DNA of 64,000 nt from Rebecca billardiae RCC1528 (Eukaryota; Protista; Haptophyta): contig OZ251235.1 in the NCBI GenBank assembly GCA_965240325.2, forward strand, positions 1,612,001 to 1,676,000, written 5' to 3'. A model generated the notes under the pieces. It was given only the letters and a program-made list of their open reading frames with translations. It was not told the origin of the DNA and ran no database searches. Each line of letters starts with the position of its first letter. The stretch's first letter is position 1. Shown here one piece after another: positions 12,594-24,602 of the stretch. A program made the position numbers and the translations under genes.

Positions 12594-13840
12594 TCAGACC
12601 GTCTCGCCAGGCAACGTCTTGCCATCGTTATGCGGCAGCCGGAGACGTTGCTTGACGATTTTGATAATGGCCACGAGCTCCTTCCTCGACAGGCCATGGC
12701 CCCACTCCACAACGCTCGTGGAGCCAGATCGCCTCGGCGGCGGCGTAGGGAGACCAGTCAGACCAGGATCGGGGTCCAGCAGATGGAGCGCGAGCACGGC
12801 GTTCGGCGAGCCATCGAGAACATCCTCTGTCTTCAGCTCGAGGTCCAGTAGGTGGCCCTCCGGCACTCGCACTGCCCAGCAGAGCAGCCCTCCCAGGGTC
12901 GAGGTGTGCAGCTCCATCCGTGTGTCGTCCCACACGGCCATCCAGTGCTCGTTGATGACGGGCGCGAGGGCCGAGCGCAGTAACCGCGCGCCGATGTAAA
13001 AAAACGGGGACGTGAGGACCATGAGGAAGACAGGCATCTCGGCGTTCTGCGCTCTGGCCGCGTGCGCAGTCATCGAGATTTGTAGCCAGAGCCCTGTGAA
13101 GCCCAGCGTGAAGATAGCGGTCGTCAGGTCGCCGCCCCGGGCATCGCGCAGTGGTGCACGCTCCGTCCCGATGATGACGGCGCGATCCTTGGCCTGGGGG
13201 ATGATGCCGCGCGCCTCGCTGGCGCTGGCGAGCTCGCCCGTCAGCACCCGGCCATTCAGCCCGGGCAGCGGGTGCAGGTCGATGCCGTCGTGGTGCAAAG
13301 GCTTGGCCACGTACCACAGAGGGTTGCACACGATGACATTCCAAAAGCCCAGCCCAGCGAGCACGGCACATGCCATGATGAGAAACGAGACGACGTCGCC
13401 AAAGCGTGCCAGATGCGCCCACTCTAAGGCGGCGAAGATTCGCGAGGACTGCGTCCTTGCCTCGCTTACCGGAGGCGGGACGTCGCGACTATCCCAACCC
13501 GCCGGCACTCGCTCTGGATGCTCTGCGAGCCAAGCCTGCACCTCGCGCCTCTTGTCCCAATTTGTGTATACTTGCGTTGAAGACAGGACAACATTCGTCA
13601 GCGGATCGCGCAGGCGCCCGTGCCGGGTCCGCCAGAACGTCTCGACCGCCACGCGCTCGTACGTGTTGCCTGACGCTGGCACAAACACGGGGTCTGGCGC
13701 GGCGAGAGGAGCATCGAGGCGCGTGAACACGGGGTCGCAGGCGGCGGGGCGCACGCGCTTGCACGTGCACACGCACCGACGAACATGTTGTGCGTAATGG
13801 GGCAACACAAGGCTGCCGGCTCCTCGTCGCGCGTCGCCAT
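12594..13840 (-). CDS. U-box domain protein with predicted transmembrane segments
   Basis: PAALCCPITHNMFV|DPVFVPASGNTYERVAVETFW...DPLTN...NWDKRREVQAW is a U-box. Intron 13776..13694 is in phase. Three hydrophobic stretches downstream. Confidence 0.85.
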
Positions 13841-14203
13841 GCCGGCGCCCACCTCCGGGGTGGTTCAGAATTCAGAATTAAAGCCTGTCATCATTAATTC
13901 TGATGAGGCTGTGCGCAGATTGGCTTGAGATCTCTACCGCGGTGTCAAAGACTCTCAAGAGCCGCGCGCGTTCCAGTGTCCCACGACGTGCGGAGAGGCC
14001 TCACCGGCGATCCGCTGGTAGATTCCTACAGCCACCAGAATGAAGGTCAACGGGCGCAGGCAGCGACTTTCAAAGGATTCCGCTAGCCGGCCCTCTCTTG
14101 CGCTTGGACGCGGTCCTCGGCGGTGGCTCGGTCGCTGAGCGGTCGTGTTTGAGTTGACTGGTGGCGTTGGGTCGGCCCCCGACGCGCTCGCCGATAGCGC
14201 CAC

Positions 14204-15932
14204 ATGTCCTCCTCCATCGACCAGGCGATCCTCCAAGCGGAAAAAGACGCTGCGCTGGCTGCCGCTCGGACGCCAGTGCTCGGTGCGTCGCCGGGTGGCC
14301 CTGGCGTCGAGTTGCTCAACAAGGACGTGTACGTCGACAGCACGACGGGCAGCACAGGTGTCACTTTTGCGGCTGACCCGGGGGTCGGCGTGGGTGTCCC
14401 CCGGCCGACGGACACGAGCGAGGAGCCGAAGAGAAGGCGCTCTCGCGACCACGATGTCGACGGCGACGCGAAGCGTGAGCCGCTCCCCTTCCTCACCGGC
14501 TCGTGGAAGATGCTGACCGGCTCGCACCTCAACTGGCTCCTCGTGTTCTTGCCGGTGGGCGTGGCTGCCGAGGTCTTCAAGTGGAGCGAAGGCGCCATCT
14601 TTGGCTTCAACTGCCTGGCAATCTTGCCCCTCGCGAAGCTGCTCGGCGACGCGACTGAGCAGGTCGCCATGCACACCAACGACACGATCGGCGGGCTGCT
14701 CAACGCGACGTTTGGCAACGCGACCGAGCTGATTGTCTCGCTCTTCGCGCTTTTCAAGGGGCTGCTCGGGGTGGTGCAGGTGTCGCTGCTGGGCTCGATC
14801 ATTTCGAACACGCTGCTCGTCCTCGGCTGCTCGTGCATCGCCGGCGGCATCAAGAAGCCCGTGCAGCGCTTCAACGCCACGGCTGCGTCGGCCAACACGA
14901 CGCTGCTGCTGATGTCGATCCTGGGCATGTCCATCCCGGCGTGCCTGGCCTCGCTCGGCGAGATGAGGGTGGGCGAGGAGACGGACCTGATGATCAGCCG
15001 CCTGACCGCCATCATCCTGCTCTTCCTCTACTGCCTCTACATCTACTTCCAGCTCGTGACCCACCGGCTGTACTTTGAGGGGGGCGAGGGGCAGCTGGCG
15101 AACCTCTCGCTCACCAACCTCGTGCCCGGCCAGCAGGTCATCTCTCGCACCGGCAGCCAGGGCTCCTTCGCCGACGAGGAGGAGGAGGAGGAGCTCATGT
15201 TTTCGCTCAGAGGCGGGCTTTTTTGGCTCGGCGTCATCACGGTCATCATCGCGTTCCTGTCGGAGTTCCTCACGGGCGCCATCGAGGGTGCGCGCTGGCA
15301 GCGGCCTCGCGGCCCGCGCGCGCGCAGCGCACGCACGCCCATCTGGGCGAGGGCGCCGCGCGCTTGCGTGTGCGCGTGCTCACCCTCGCTCGCTGCCACC
15401 CGCGCCGTTCCCCGGGCGTTGCGTAGGCGCCACCAAGGAGTACAACATCAACCAGTCGTTCGTGGGCTTTGTCATCCTCCCCATCGTCGGCAACGCCGCC
15501 GAGCACGCGACCGCCATCACGATGGCGTACAAGTCGAAGATGGACCTCGCCCTCGGCGTCGCGCTCGGCTCGGCGACACAGATCTCGCTCTTCGTCGTGC
15601 CCGTGATGGTGCTCACGGCGTGGGCCATCGGCCAGCCGCTGGACCTCTTCTTCGGGGCGTACGAGACGGTGGTCACGTTCGTGGCGACGGTCGTGCTGGG
15701 CTTCGCCGTGGCGGATGGCGAGACGAACTGGCTCGAGGTGTGTGACGCTGCGTGCGCGCAGCTCGGGCGCAGCGCGCAGCGCGCGCGTGCTGCGCGGCGC
15801 GGATCGCGCGCGTTCTGATCGCTTGCTGCGCTGCTCCGCCGGCGACGCAAACAGGGCGCGTCTCTCCTGTCCGCATACGTGATCATCGCCTGCTCGTTCC
15901 TCTTCTACGAACACGGGTACGACCGGCTCTGA
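14204..15932 (+). CDS. CAX: Ca2+/H+ antiporter (CAX/VCX1 family)
   Basis: Alpha repeats GLLNATFGNATELI and GNAAEH, acidic central loop DEEEEEE. Introns 15288..15426 and 15738..15854 restore frame. Confidence 0.95.
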
Positions 15933-17403
15933 GCGTCAACCCGAAGCCTCACCTCTCCACCCCGCTCAGGGTGCCGCCCGGGCTTCCGCCGTGACACCGA
16001 CGAGGCGTTCGTCGACGCCACGCTGGCTCGCGCAGCACGGCAGCTGAGATCAGCGGCCAGCGCCGTGAATCGCGCTGCGAGACGCGACGCGCATTCGATT
16101 CACGGGGGGGGGGGGGGGGGGGGGGAGGCTGGCCGCCCAGGCGATGGCCTCTCCGGGCTCTCGGATCTGACGTGAGTGACGAGGCTCTCCGAGGCCCGGA
16201 GGGCCGAGGCGGTCTGGAGGTTGGACGCCTGCGGGCCTCGCGCGGATGAGTCACTGAGCCTGCTCGGTCTGCGGTCGGAGTGCGGCACCGCAGGCTGCTG
16301 GCTGGCACTGGCAGTGTGACTGTGAGTGAGTGGCGCCGTAACGCGTGCCGCCCGGCAGCCGCAGATGCGATTGCGTGGCGTGTAGCCCTCTAACAGACTA
16401 AACAGTCTGACACTCACTACTCAGCCTCATCAGGCGCCCAGGCGGATCCGGAATTCGGATCTTATCGATTAGTAATATATATTCTTATATATATATTAAA
16501 ATATATGATATATATATATATGTGTGTGTGTGTAGTGTGTGTCACTGTGTGTGTGTCGTGTCCGGCTTGACCCGTTGGCGTTGCGTGATGTGCCACGTAA
16601 CCAATGCCTGGATGCGGCAGGCGCATACTTATATGATGCAGACACTCCTTGTTGGGATTTTCTCGTCGTCGTAGTTGAGTAAGTGACTAGTTCTAACATG
16701 TTGCAGCCCACGCCGTAAGATCGCCGTAAGTAAGCCAAACGATCGATCGCAAAAGGCGGAGATAGGGGAGGCGGAGGGACGAGCGCGTTGGCACGAAAGC
16801 AGCTGCGAAACAGGCGGCACACAGCTGAAAGCAGTGCAGCTGAAAATCGAGCTCGGCTGGCTCGCCAAGCAGCCGGTGCGGGTGAAAAGCCGAGATCGAA
16901 TCTGATGAGGCGGTAGCTTCGCCTTCGGCGAGCCTCCTTGGCGAGCGGATACTGCAGCTTCGTCGCCTGGCTGCAGCAGATGAGTAGACGAAAGCCAATC
17001 GATGAGCTGGAATATTGCTGGACGACGACCGCCGAGTTTGTAGTCATTGATGAAAAAGCTGCTGCTTGTATGATGCTTGATGGCGGAGATGGTGAGCGCT
17101 CGTGGTGACTGCTCCGTTGTCAGCATGATGGCGGCCGGATTATTTGTATCCGCCATGATGCTGTATGCGCGAACAGGTATAGCGCTTCACCAGCAGTGGG
17201 CCAGCTCGGCTGGAGGCGTAGGGTACCGAGGCAAGCGTCTGCAGCAAGCGCGTTCGAGGGTGCGTTATTGACCTCGATGAGAGCCAAATGGTTCGCCCTG
17301 TACCAGTACGACGCTAGCGGACACAGTCGATCGGCGGCGGGTGGTATGGCCACGTACTTCTCGCCAGCGGACAATCGATTATTGTGCCAATAACACCACA
17401 CAT

Positions 17404-17545
<142 letters not shown>

Positions 17546-18462
17546 CATCAGCCTCCGTAACGAATGACGACGATGCCAAGGCTCAGTAGTCAGTGACCGT
17601 GTTAGTGAGGTCTGAGGAGACTGAGTCCGCGGTGCCACGGACACGGTCACGGAGTGACGGACTCGGAGTCGGAGTGGCGCGGCGGCACGGCGTCACTACT
17701 CACTGTCTCGGCTCGTCAGTGACTCACTGCCTTTTAACCGACGGGCCGGCCTTAGTACAGATACACCGTCATGCAACAGCACACTATCCGAGACAGATGA
17801 GACCGCGTACGCCTACTGGCTGTACCGCACTGTACGGCTACTAGGCTACCGACGGCTACGACGCGGACCTTCCGACCTGTGACGGTACTGAGTACGGTTC
17901 AGTACGGAGTCGGAGTATTAGTCGTTATAACGGAGTTGATTGAGTATTGACGCGGCGCGCGGTCACGCACTCCTCACCGTCACGGTCCGGCCGGCCCCTG
18001 CCCCCGGGCCATGCTCATCATGCATGATCGGGACTCAGACTGGCGTGGCAGTGGAGGCGGAGTCTCGGTGACTCTCAGTACTCTCAGTCTCAGTCCGCTG
18101 CCGCCGACTGACTGACGTCTGAGTCAGACTCACAGAGTCGTCTGACGTCTGACGAGTGACGAGCCGCGGCACGAATCACGGTATATAGACTTATAGTGCT
18201 CATCATCAAGTGCCCCACCGCCGTGCGCACTGATGGGTATTACTACTCTGCCTACTGTGCATACGGCACTGCTCACTCTAACCTGTGTACTCCTGAGACT
18301 ACTGACACTACTCACTAGCAGCTCTATCTAGGCTTCTATGGCTCAGCTTGCCTCGGACTCTCACAGTCACAGTCCGACTCGTCACTGTCCGCCTCCGGCA
18401 GTCCGGACCCGGGCCGACCCGGTCAGATCGCGGCAATTCGGCGACTGAACGGGAACTGTATA

Positions 18463-18530
18463 CAGTTTGCTGATAAGAAAAGAGACGCACACAGACTGTC
18501 ACAGTGACACAGCTCAGGCAGGCGAGATAG
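18463..18530 (+). mobile_element. Solo degenerate TIR of the CAGTT(T/G)ACTAAGAATAAGAGACG family
   Basis: Matches 53880-53928 with an 18-bp internal insertion; preceded by TA. Confidence 0.65.
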
Positions 18531-18576
18531 TAGCAGATAGCAGTAATCTGTCCCTTCCGCTCGGCAGAGCCGACGG

Positions 18577-19759
18577 AGTGCACTCGAGCGAAATCGTGCC
18601 TGGCTAGGTGTCCCTCGGCACTGGGCGGCTAGGTGTGCGCCCGCACACCTACAGTTTACTATGATTTAACGTGCACACTTGGTTAAGGCGTGATTAACGC
18701 CATCCAACACTGCACAAAGACACCGCCACAAAACAGACCGGCGCAGGCAGGTGAGGGGCGCGTTGCCGCACAGTAGCCAGGGCTGGCTAGGTGTCCGCCC
18801 ATACCCTCGCGTCGTCAGAAGTCAGAACTTTCGGAAACGAAAGTCGCGCCAAGGCGGCCCCGGTCTTCTCTCACGGCGGCGCAAGGGGCGCGGGGGCGCT
18901 GGCTCGCGATCCGAAGGGCAGCCGCTCGCGACCTCGCTTGGGCGGCGGCAGCGGCGCTGCGGCATACTGTTTGCCACCCGCGCGGCTGTGTGCGATCGCG
19001 CGGTCCCGTTCGTCGCCACGCCGCGCGCGACCGTTCACGGCAGTCTTTCCGCACTGTGAGCACCCCTTGCCAGCGCACGGCGGCGGAGAGCCCAGACAGC
19101 CCGTCACGCGCGCGACGTCCTTGTGGGGTGCGATGTACCCAGGTTCTTTGGGTTCCCGGAGGCACGCGCTTGCCCACGGGGTGGGCATGAGGATCATGGA
19201 CGACTGCTGCGCTGTCCATGACTCGTTGACCGATTTAGGCAGACGATGACTCCTCTTGCAGCAGTAGAGAGTGGTCTGGATGCTGAATAGGCTCACCAAA
19301 ACGCAGGCGCATGCTAGCATTAGTGTGAGTACATCGCACCCCACAAGGACGTCGCGCGCGTGACGGGCTGTCTGGGCTCTCCGCCGCCGTGCGCTGGCAA
19401 GGGGTGCTCACAGTGCGGAAAGACTGCCGTGAACGGTCGCGCGCGGCGTGGCGACGAACGGGACCGCGCGATCGCACACAGCCGCGCGGGTGGCAAACAG
19501 TATGCCGCAGCGCCGCTGCCGCCGCCCAAGCGAGGTCGCGAGCGACTGCCCTTCGGATCGCGAGCCAGCGCCCCCGCGCCCCTTGCGCCGCCGTGAGAGA
19601 AGACCGGGGCCGCCTTGGCGCGACTTTCGTTTCCGAAAGTTCTGACGACGCGAGGGTATGGGCGGACACCTAGCCAGCCCTGGCTAGGTGTGCGGGCGCA
19701 CACCTAGCCGCCCAGTGCCGAGGGACACCTAGCCAGGCACGATTTCGCTCGAGTGCACT
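18577..19759. mobile_element. Foldback element with ~430-bp inverted arms and 190-bp spacer
   Basis: 18577-19138 is the reverse complement of 19329-19759 apart from a 122-bp insertion and a 7-bp duplication. CCGACGG is directly repeated on both flanks. GGCTAGGTGT subrepeats lie near the ends. Confidence 0.85.
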
Positions 19760-19831
19760 CCGACGGCACGGGCCACGTTGTGGAGCTGTGCATCCACGCA
19801 CCCGCGCGCCTGCGTGGAGTCGTCGCCAACA

Positions 19832-22800
19832 ATGGCGGTCGACGCCGCCACGGCATCGTTCCAGTTCCTGGACCTCGGAGAGGAGCCAGACTACCCCGTG
19901 GGCGGGCCGCTGCGCGAAGATGGGAGCGCTCTTGACACGAACGGACCGCTGCAGGCCGAGCACGCGCGGCGCGAGGGCTCGCTGGAGGGTGAGGCGGAGG
20001 GCGACGACGACGACGAGCTTTGTGTCGAGCTCCCGGCGCACTCGTGCGCGTACTGCGGCGTGCACGACCCGGCGACGGTGGTGCAGTGCTGCGCGCCCAA
20101 CTGCGGCCGCTGGTTCTGCAACGGTGGGAACGGGAACTCGGTGGGCTCCCACGCTGTCCACCATCTCGTGCGCGCGCGGCACAAAGAGGTGCGCCTCCAC
20201 TCGGATGGGCCGCTCGGCGACACCGTGCTGGAGTGCTACAACTGCGGCACGCGGAACGTGTTCATCCTGGGGTTCATCCCGGCGAAGGAGGTCGGCGTGG
20301 TCGTGCTCATATGCCGCGACTGCCTGGGCATCAAGGGCCTGAAGGAGATGAACTGGGACCTGACCAACTGGCAGGCGCTCATCGAGGGGCGCGCGTTCCT
20401 CTCGTGGCTTGTGCGGGTGCGGCCTCGCGCCGCTCGTCCCGCGCCGCCGTCGGAGGGCCGCGCGTGCGCCGCGACCCGCGCGCAGAGCACTCACCCCCGG
20501 CGCCCGCGGCCCGCCCGCCCGCCCGCCCGCGCGTGGACGCGCTCGCGCGGTGCGCGCCGCGCGCAGGAGCCGAGCGAAGAGCTTACGGAGCGCAGCCGGC
20601 GGCTGGCCACGCAGCAGCTCGCCAAGCTGGAGGAGCTGTGGAAGTCGAACCCGAGCGCGACGGTGGACGACCTGGAGACGTCGGGCGCGCTCGACGAGGT
20701 CCAGCCGCTGCCGCTCGTGTACGAGGACGCGTTCCAGTACCAGAACGCCTTCGGGCCGATCGTGAAGCTGGAAGCGGACACGGACCGGCAGACAAAGGAG
20801 GCGCAGACGGTCGAGGGCGTGAGCGTGCGCTGGGACATGGGGCTCAACAAGCGGCGGCTCGTGAGCTTCCAGTACCCCAAGGCGGAGGCCGAGGCGCGCC
20901 TCGCGATCGGGGACGAGCTGCGCGTGCGCCGCGCGTCGGACGGCGTGCGCCCCGAGTGGGAGTGCACCGGCACGATCGTGCGCTTCAGCATGAGCGAGGA
21001 GGTGGTGCTCGAGCTCCGCTCGAACGCGGGCGTGCCGCTCGACGTGACGAGCGGCTTCTCGGTGGACATCGTGTGGAGGCCCATCACGTACGACCGCATG
21101 CAGATGGCGATGCGCACGTTCGCCGTGGACGAGACGAGCCTGTCCGGCTACCTGTACCACCGGCTGCTCGGGCACGAGGTGGACGAGCCGACGATGCTGA
21201 AGCCGCCGCCGCGCAAGCTGGGCGTGCCGGGGCTGGCGGAGCTCAACCACTCGCAGCAGTTCGCCGTCGCGCAGGCGCTCTCGCGCCCGCTCTCGCTCAT
21301 ACAAGGCCCGCCGGGCACGGGGAAGACGACGACCTCCGCGACGATCGTGTACCACATGGTGCGCACGCACGGCGGGCAGACGCTCGTGTGCGCGCCCTCT
21401 AACATCGCCGTCGACCACCTGACGGACAAGATCAGCGCGACCGGGCTCAAGGTCGTGCGCGTGTGCGCCAAGTCGCGCGAGAGCACCGTGCCCTCGTCCG
21501 TCGAGCACCTCACGCTGCACCACCAGGTGAAGCTGCTCGCTGCGGCGGAGAACTCGGCGCTGCACAAGCTGCAGCGGCTGAAGGACGAGACGGGCGAGCT
21601 CTCGGCCGAGGACGAGAAGATCTTCAACAGGGAGCGGCGCGCGGCGGAGCGCGAGCTGCTCAACCACGCGGACGTGATCTGTGCGACGTGCGTGGGCGCC
21701 GCCGACCCGCGCCTCACCAGCCGCTCGATGCGCTTCCGCCAGTGCCTCGTCGACGAGGCGACGCAGGCGACCGAGCCCGAGTGCCTGATCCCGCTCGTGC
21801 TCGGTGTCAAGCAGCTCGTACTCGTCGGTGCGCGCGCGGCGAGCGACGGCGCGCAGCGAGGCGGCCGGACGGCCGCGGCAACGCGTCGCGGGCCAGCGGC
21901 CTGCGGGCGCGGGCGGGGCACGGCACGGCGCGCTGCCGCGCGCTCACGCCGCCGCGCGCTGCCGCTTGCGCGTGCGCGCGCGTGCCCTCGCGCGCGCAGG
22001 CGACCACTGCCAGCTGGGCCCCGTCGTGATGAACAAGAAGGCGGCCAAGGCCGGCCTCTCGCGCTCGCTCTTCGAGCGGCTGATCATCCTCGGCCACCGG
22101 CCGCTGCGGCTGCAGGTGCAGTACCGCATGCACCCCGCGCTCTCCGAGTTCCCCTCGACCACCTTCTACGAGGGCTCGCTGCAGAACGGCGTGGCGCACG
22201 AGGAGCGCACGATGCCGCAGCTCGCGTTCCCGTGGGTCTCGAGCAGCAAGCCGATGCTCTTCTACGCCTCGCTCGGGCCGGAGGAGATCTCGGCCTCGGG
22301 CACGTCGTACCTCAACCGCGCCGAGGCGGCCAACGTCGAGCGCGTCGTGAGCCTCTTCCTCAAGTGCGGCGTGAGCCCGGCGCAGCTGGGCGTGGTCACG
22401 CCGTACGAGGGGCAGCGCGCGTACCTCACCTCGTACATGGTGCGCCAGGGGCTGCTGCGCTCCGAGCTGTACCAGGAGATCGAGGTCGCGTCGGTGGACG
22501 CGTTCCAGGGCCGCGAGAAGGACTTCATCCTGCTGTCCTGCGTGCGCTCCAACGAGGGGCAGGGGCTCGGCTTTGTCAACGACCCGCGGCGGCTCAACGT
22601 CGCCCTGACGCGCGCGCGGTACGGGCTCGTGCTCTTCGGCAACCCCAAGGTGCTCTCGCGCTCGCCCCTGTGGAACAACCTGCTCGTGCACTTCAAGGAG
22701 AGCGGCTGCCTGGTGGAGGGCGCGCTCAACAACCTCAAGCAGTCCAACATCTCCTTCCAGCCGCCCAAGCGGTACGTGCCCTCGACGCGGCTGCTGCCGC

Positions 22801-23063
22801 CTGCCGCCGCGCACGAGCACGGCAAAGCGGTGGCGCCGTTCGGCGCGGCGCAGGCCCCACCGCTCGTGCACCATCAGTCCAGCGGCGGCAGCGTGCCCGG
22901 GGGGGCATACGTGCCGGCGGCCGCGGCGGCGTACGCCGGCGCACGAGCAGAGGCGCGCATGGCACCCGCGGCACCGTTGGGACCGTTCGCCGGCGCCGCA
23001 ACGTCGACGACCGCACAGCATCGTCATCCATGCCATCCGCATCCGTACCATCAGCATCCCTGA
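19832..23063 (+). CDS. UPF1: Regulator of nonsense transcripts 1 (NMD RNA helicase)
   Basis: CH domain ([11 protein letters not shown]...WFCNG...LECYNCG), Walker [51 protein letters not shown]. Introns 20417..20566 and 21828..21999. Confidence 0.98.
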
Positions 23064-23787
23064 TTGTCATAGTATATATATATATAGCAGTACGCTAGCT
23101 AGTTATATATATATATATATGTAGTCTAGCTAGGGTCGATCAGGTCTAAGCAGGTCCAGGACCCGCAGCCGTCGCACTCGCAGGCGCGCGCACTGCCACG
23201 CCCACTGGCCAATGTCACTCATCATCATCGTCACGCACTCACTAGTCACTCACACTCCTAGATAAGTGAGTGAGTCACATCAGCACTCAGCAGATGAGTC
23301 ACTCGACTCTCGAGACACTCGAACACCGACTGATGACTGCTGTCACTCTGCTGACACCGAGCTGACGGCGGCGGCCGCGGCGGCGCACTGAGGCCCGCCG
23401 CAGCCGGAGCCTTCCGGCCCGCCCTTCCGCCCGTTCCGGAGAAAACGCGGACGCTGATGGTGAACCGCGGTCCGCGCACCGTGGCCGTGCCGCACTCCGC
23501 ACATCAGCCATCAGGCCGGCAGACGCAGTCGTCTTGCATATAATTATATATATATTAAAATTATTTATCATCAAATTCGTAAAGGTCGTCACTGATGACT
23601 GAGTGATCCGACGACGAGACCGTCGACCGAAGACGAAGTCGCGACTAAGTCGATCGGCTAGAGGCCAGAGGGTGCATCCGCGCATGCGTACCAAATAGCG
23701 GGTCACATCATCGGAGCGAGCGAACGCCGCAGAGCACGCGTGGCGCGCACGCAAGTAGCTTCATGCTTCGCTGCTTGTGCTCGATAC

Positions 23788-24372
23788 TCAGCCAGCCCCA
23801 GATAGATCTGCGACGAAAGTGACGCACGACAAGGGCGCGCGCACGGGCGTGGGAGCCGTGGGCGAGAAAGACATCTCAGGAGGGCATGCTCATCGCTGTT
23901 CCGGTGCGGGGCGCTCGCAGGTCCGCGTGACGCACCCGGCTTCCAGTTGTGCTTGCAATTTGTGCAGATGAAGCGCAGTGTCAGGCCCTCGCTGTCCTTA
24001 CTGATCGGCTCCTTCATGAAGACCGCCTCGTTGTGATGGCATTCGGAGCACTCCACGTCCCGCGCTCGCGGTAAGGTTGGATCAGCGACCACGTCCTCGA
24101 AATTGAATAACCTCGAGACGGTGCCACCGGATATGTCGTTTCGGAGCACGCACTTGTCGTCAGCGGGCTGCGAGTGCTCGCAGATCTCGCAGTGCAGGAT
24201 GAGCACGTGCTCCAGCTTGTTCTCCTTCGCGAACAGCATGTTGTTGCATTCCTGTGGCGGCCGGCACAGGCGCAAGGGGGTTGCGGCTCGGCGTGAAGGA
24301 GCTGAACGTCAGCCTTCCGCTGAGCGCCAAGCGTCGTGCATCACGCACCGGGCAGAATCTGATGCCAGCCAT
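23788..24372 (-). CDS. RPB9: RNA polymerase II subunit RPB9
   Basis: MAGIRFCP|ECNNML...CEIC...DPTLPR...CSEC HHNEAVF...FICTNCKHNW, two zinc ribbons. Two inferred introns; last exon DLSGAG* is less certain. Confidence 0.9.
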
Positions 24373-24602
24373 GGGCGAGCTCCTGCGTCGCCGGCGCCAC
24401 GATGGCGCCGCGTCCGCGGTGGTGCCACGAGTCCAGCCGGAGCGGAACAGTGCGACCAGCCGACCACAAAGAGAGGTACCGAGCGACCGAAGAAAAAAAA
24501 TCGGATTGAGGAGGAGTCCGGGGGCGCCGCCTCGGCTCTGCCGCCGGCGGCGGGCGTCGCAACTTCGGGACCCAGAAGTTGCTGTCGTCCGTGGCCGCGG
24601 CC

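Noticed and set aside
19670-21667. Long ORFs opposite or overlapping real genes (also 39453-41726, 29869-31833, 34619-36664, 13955-15064, 4012-5658)
   Set aside because: Antisense or alternative-frame shadows caused by very high GC3; the recognisable motifs are in other frames.
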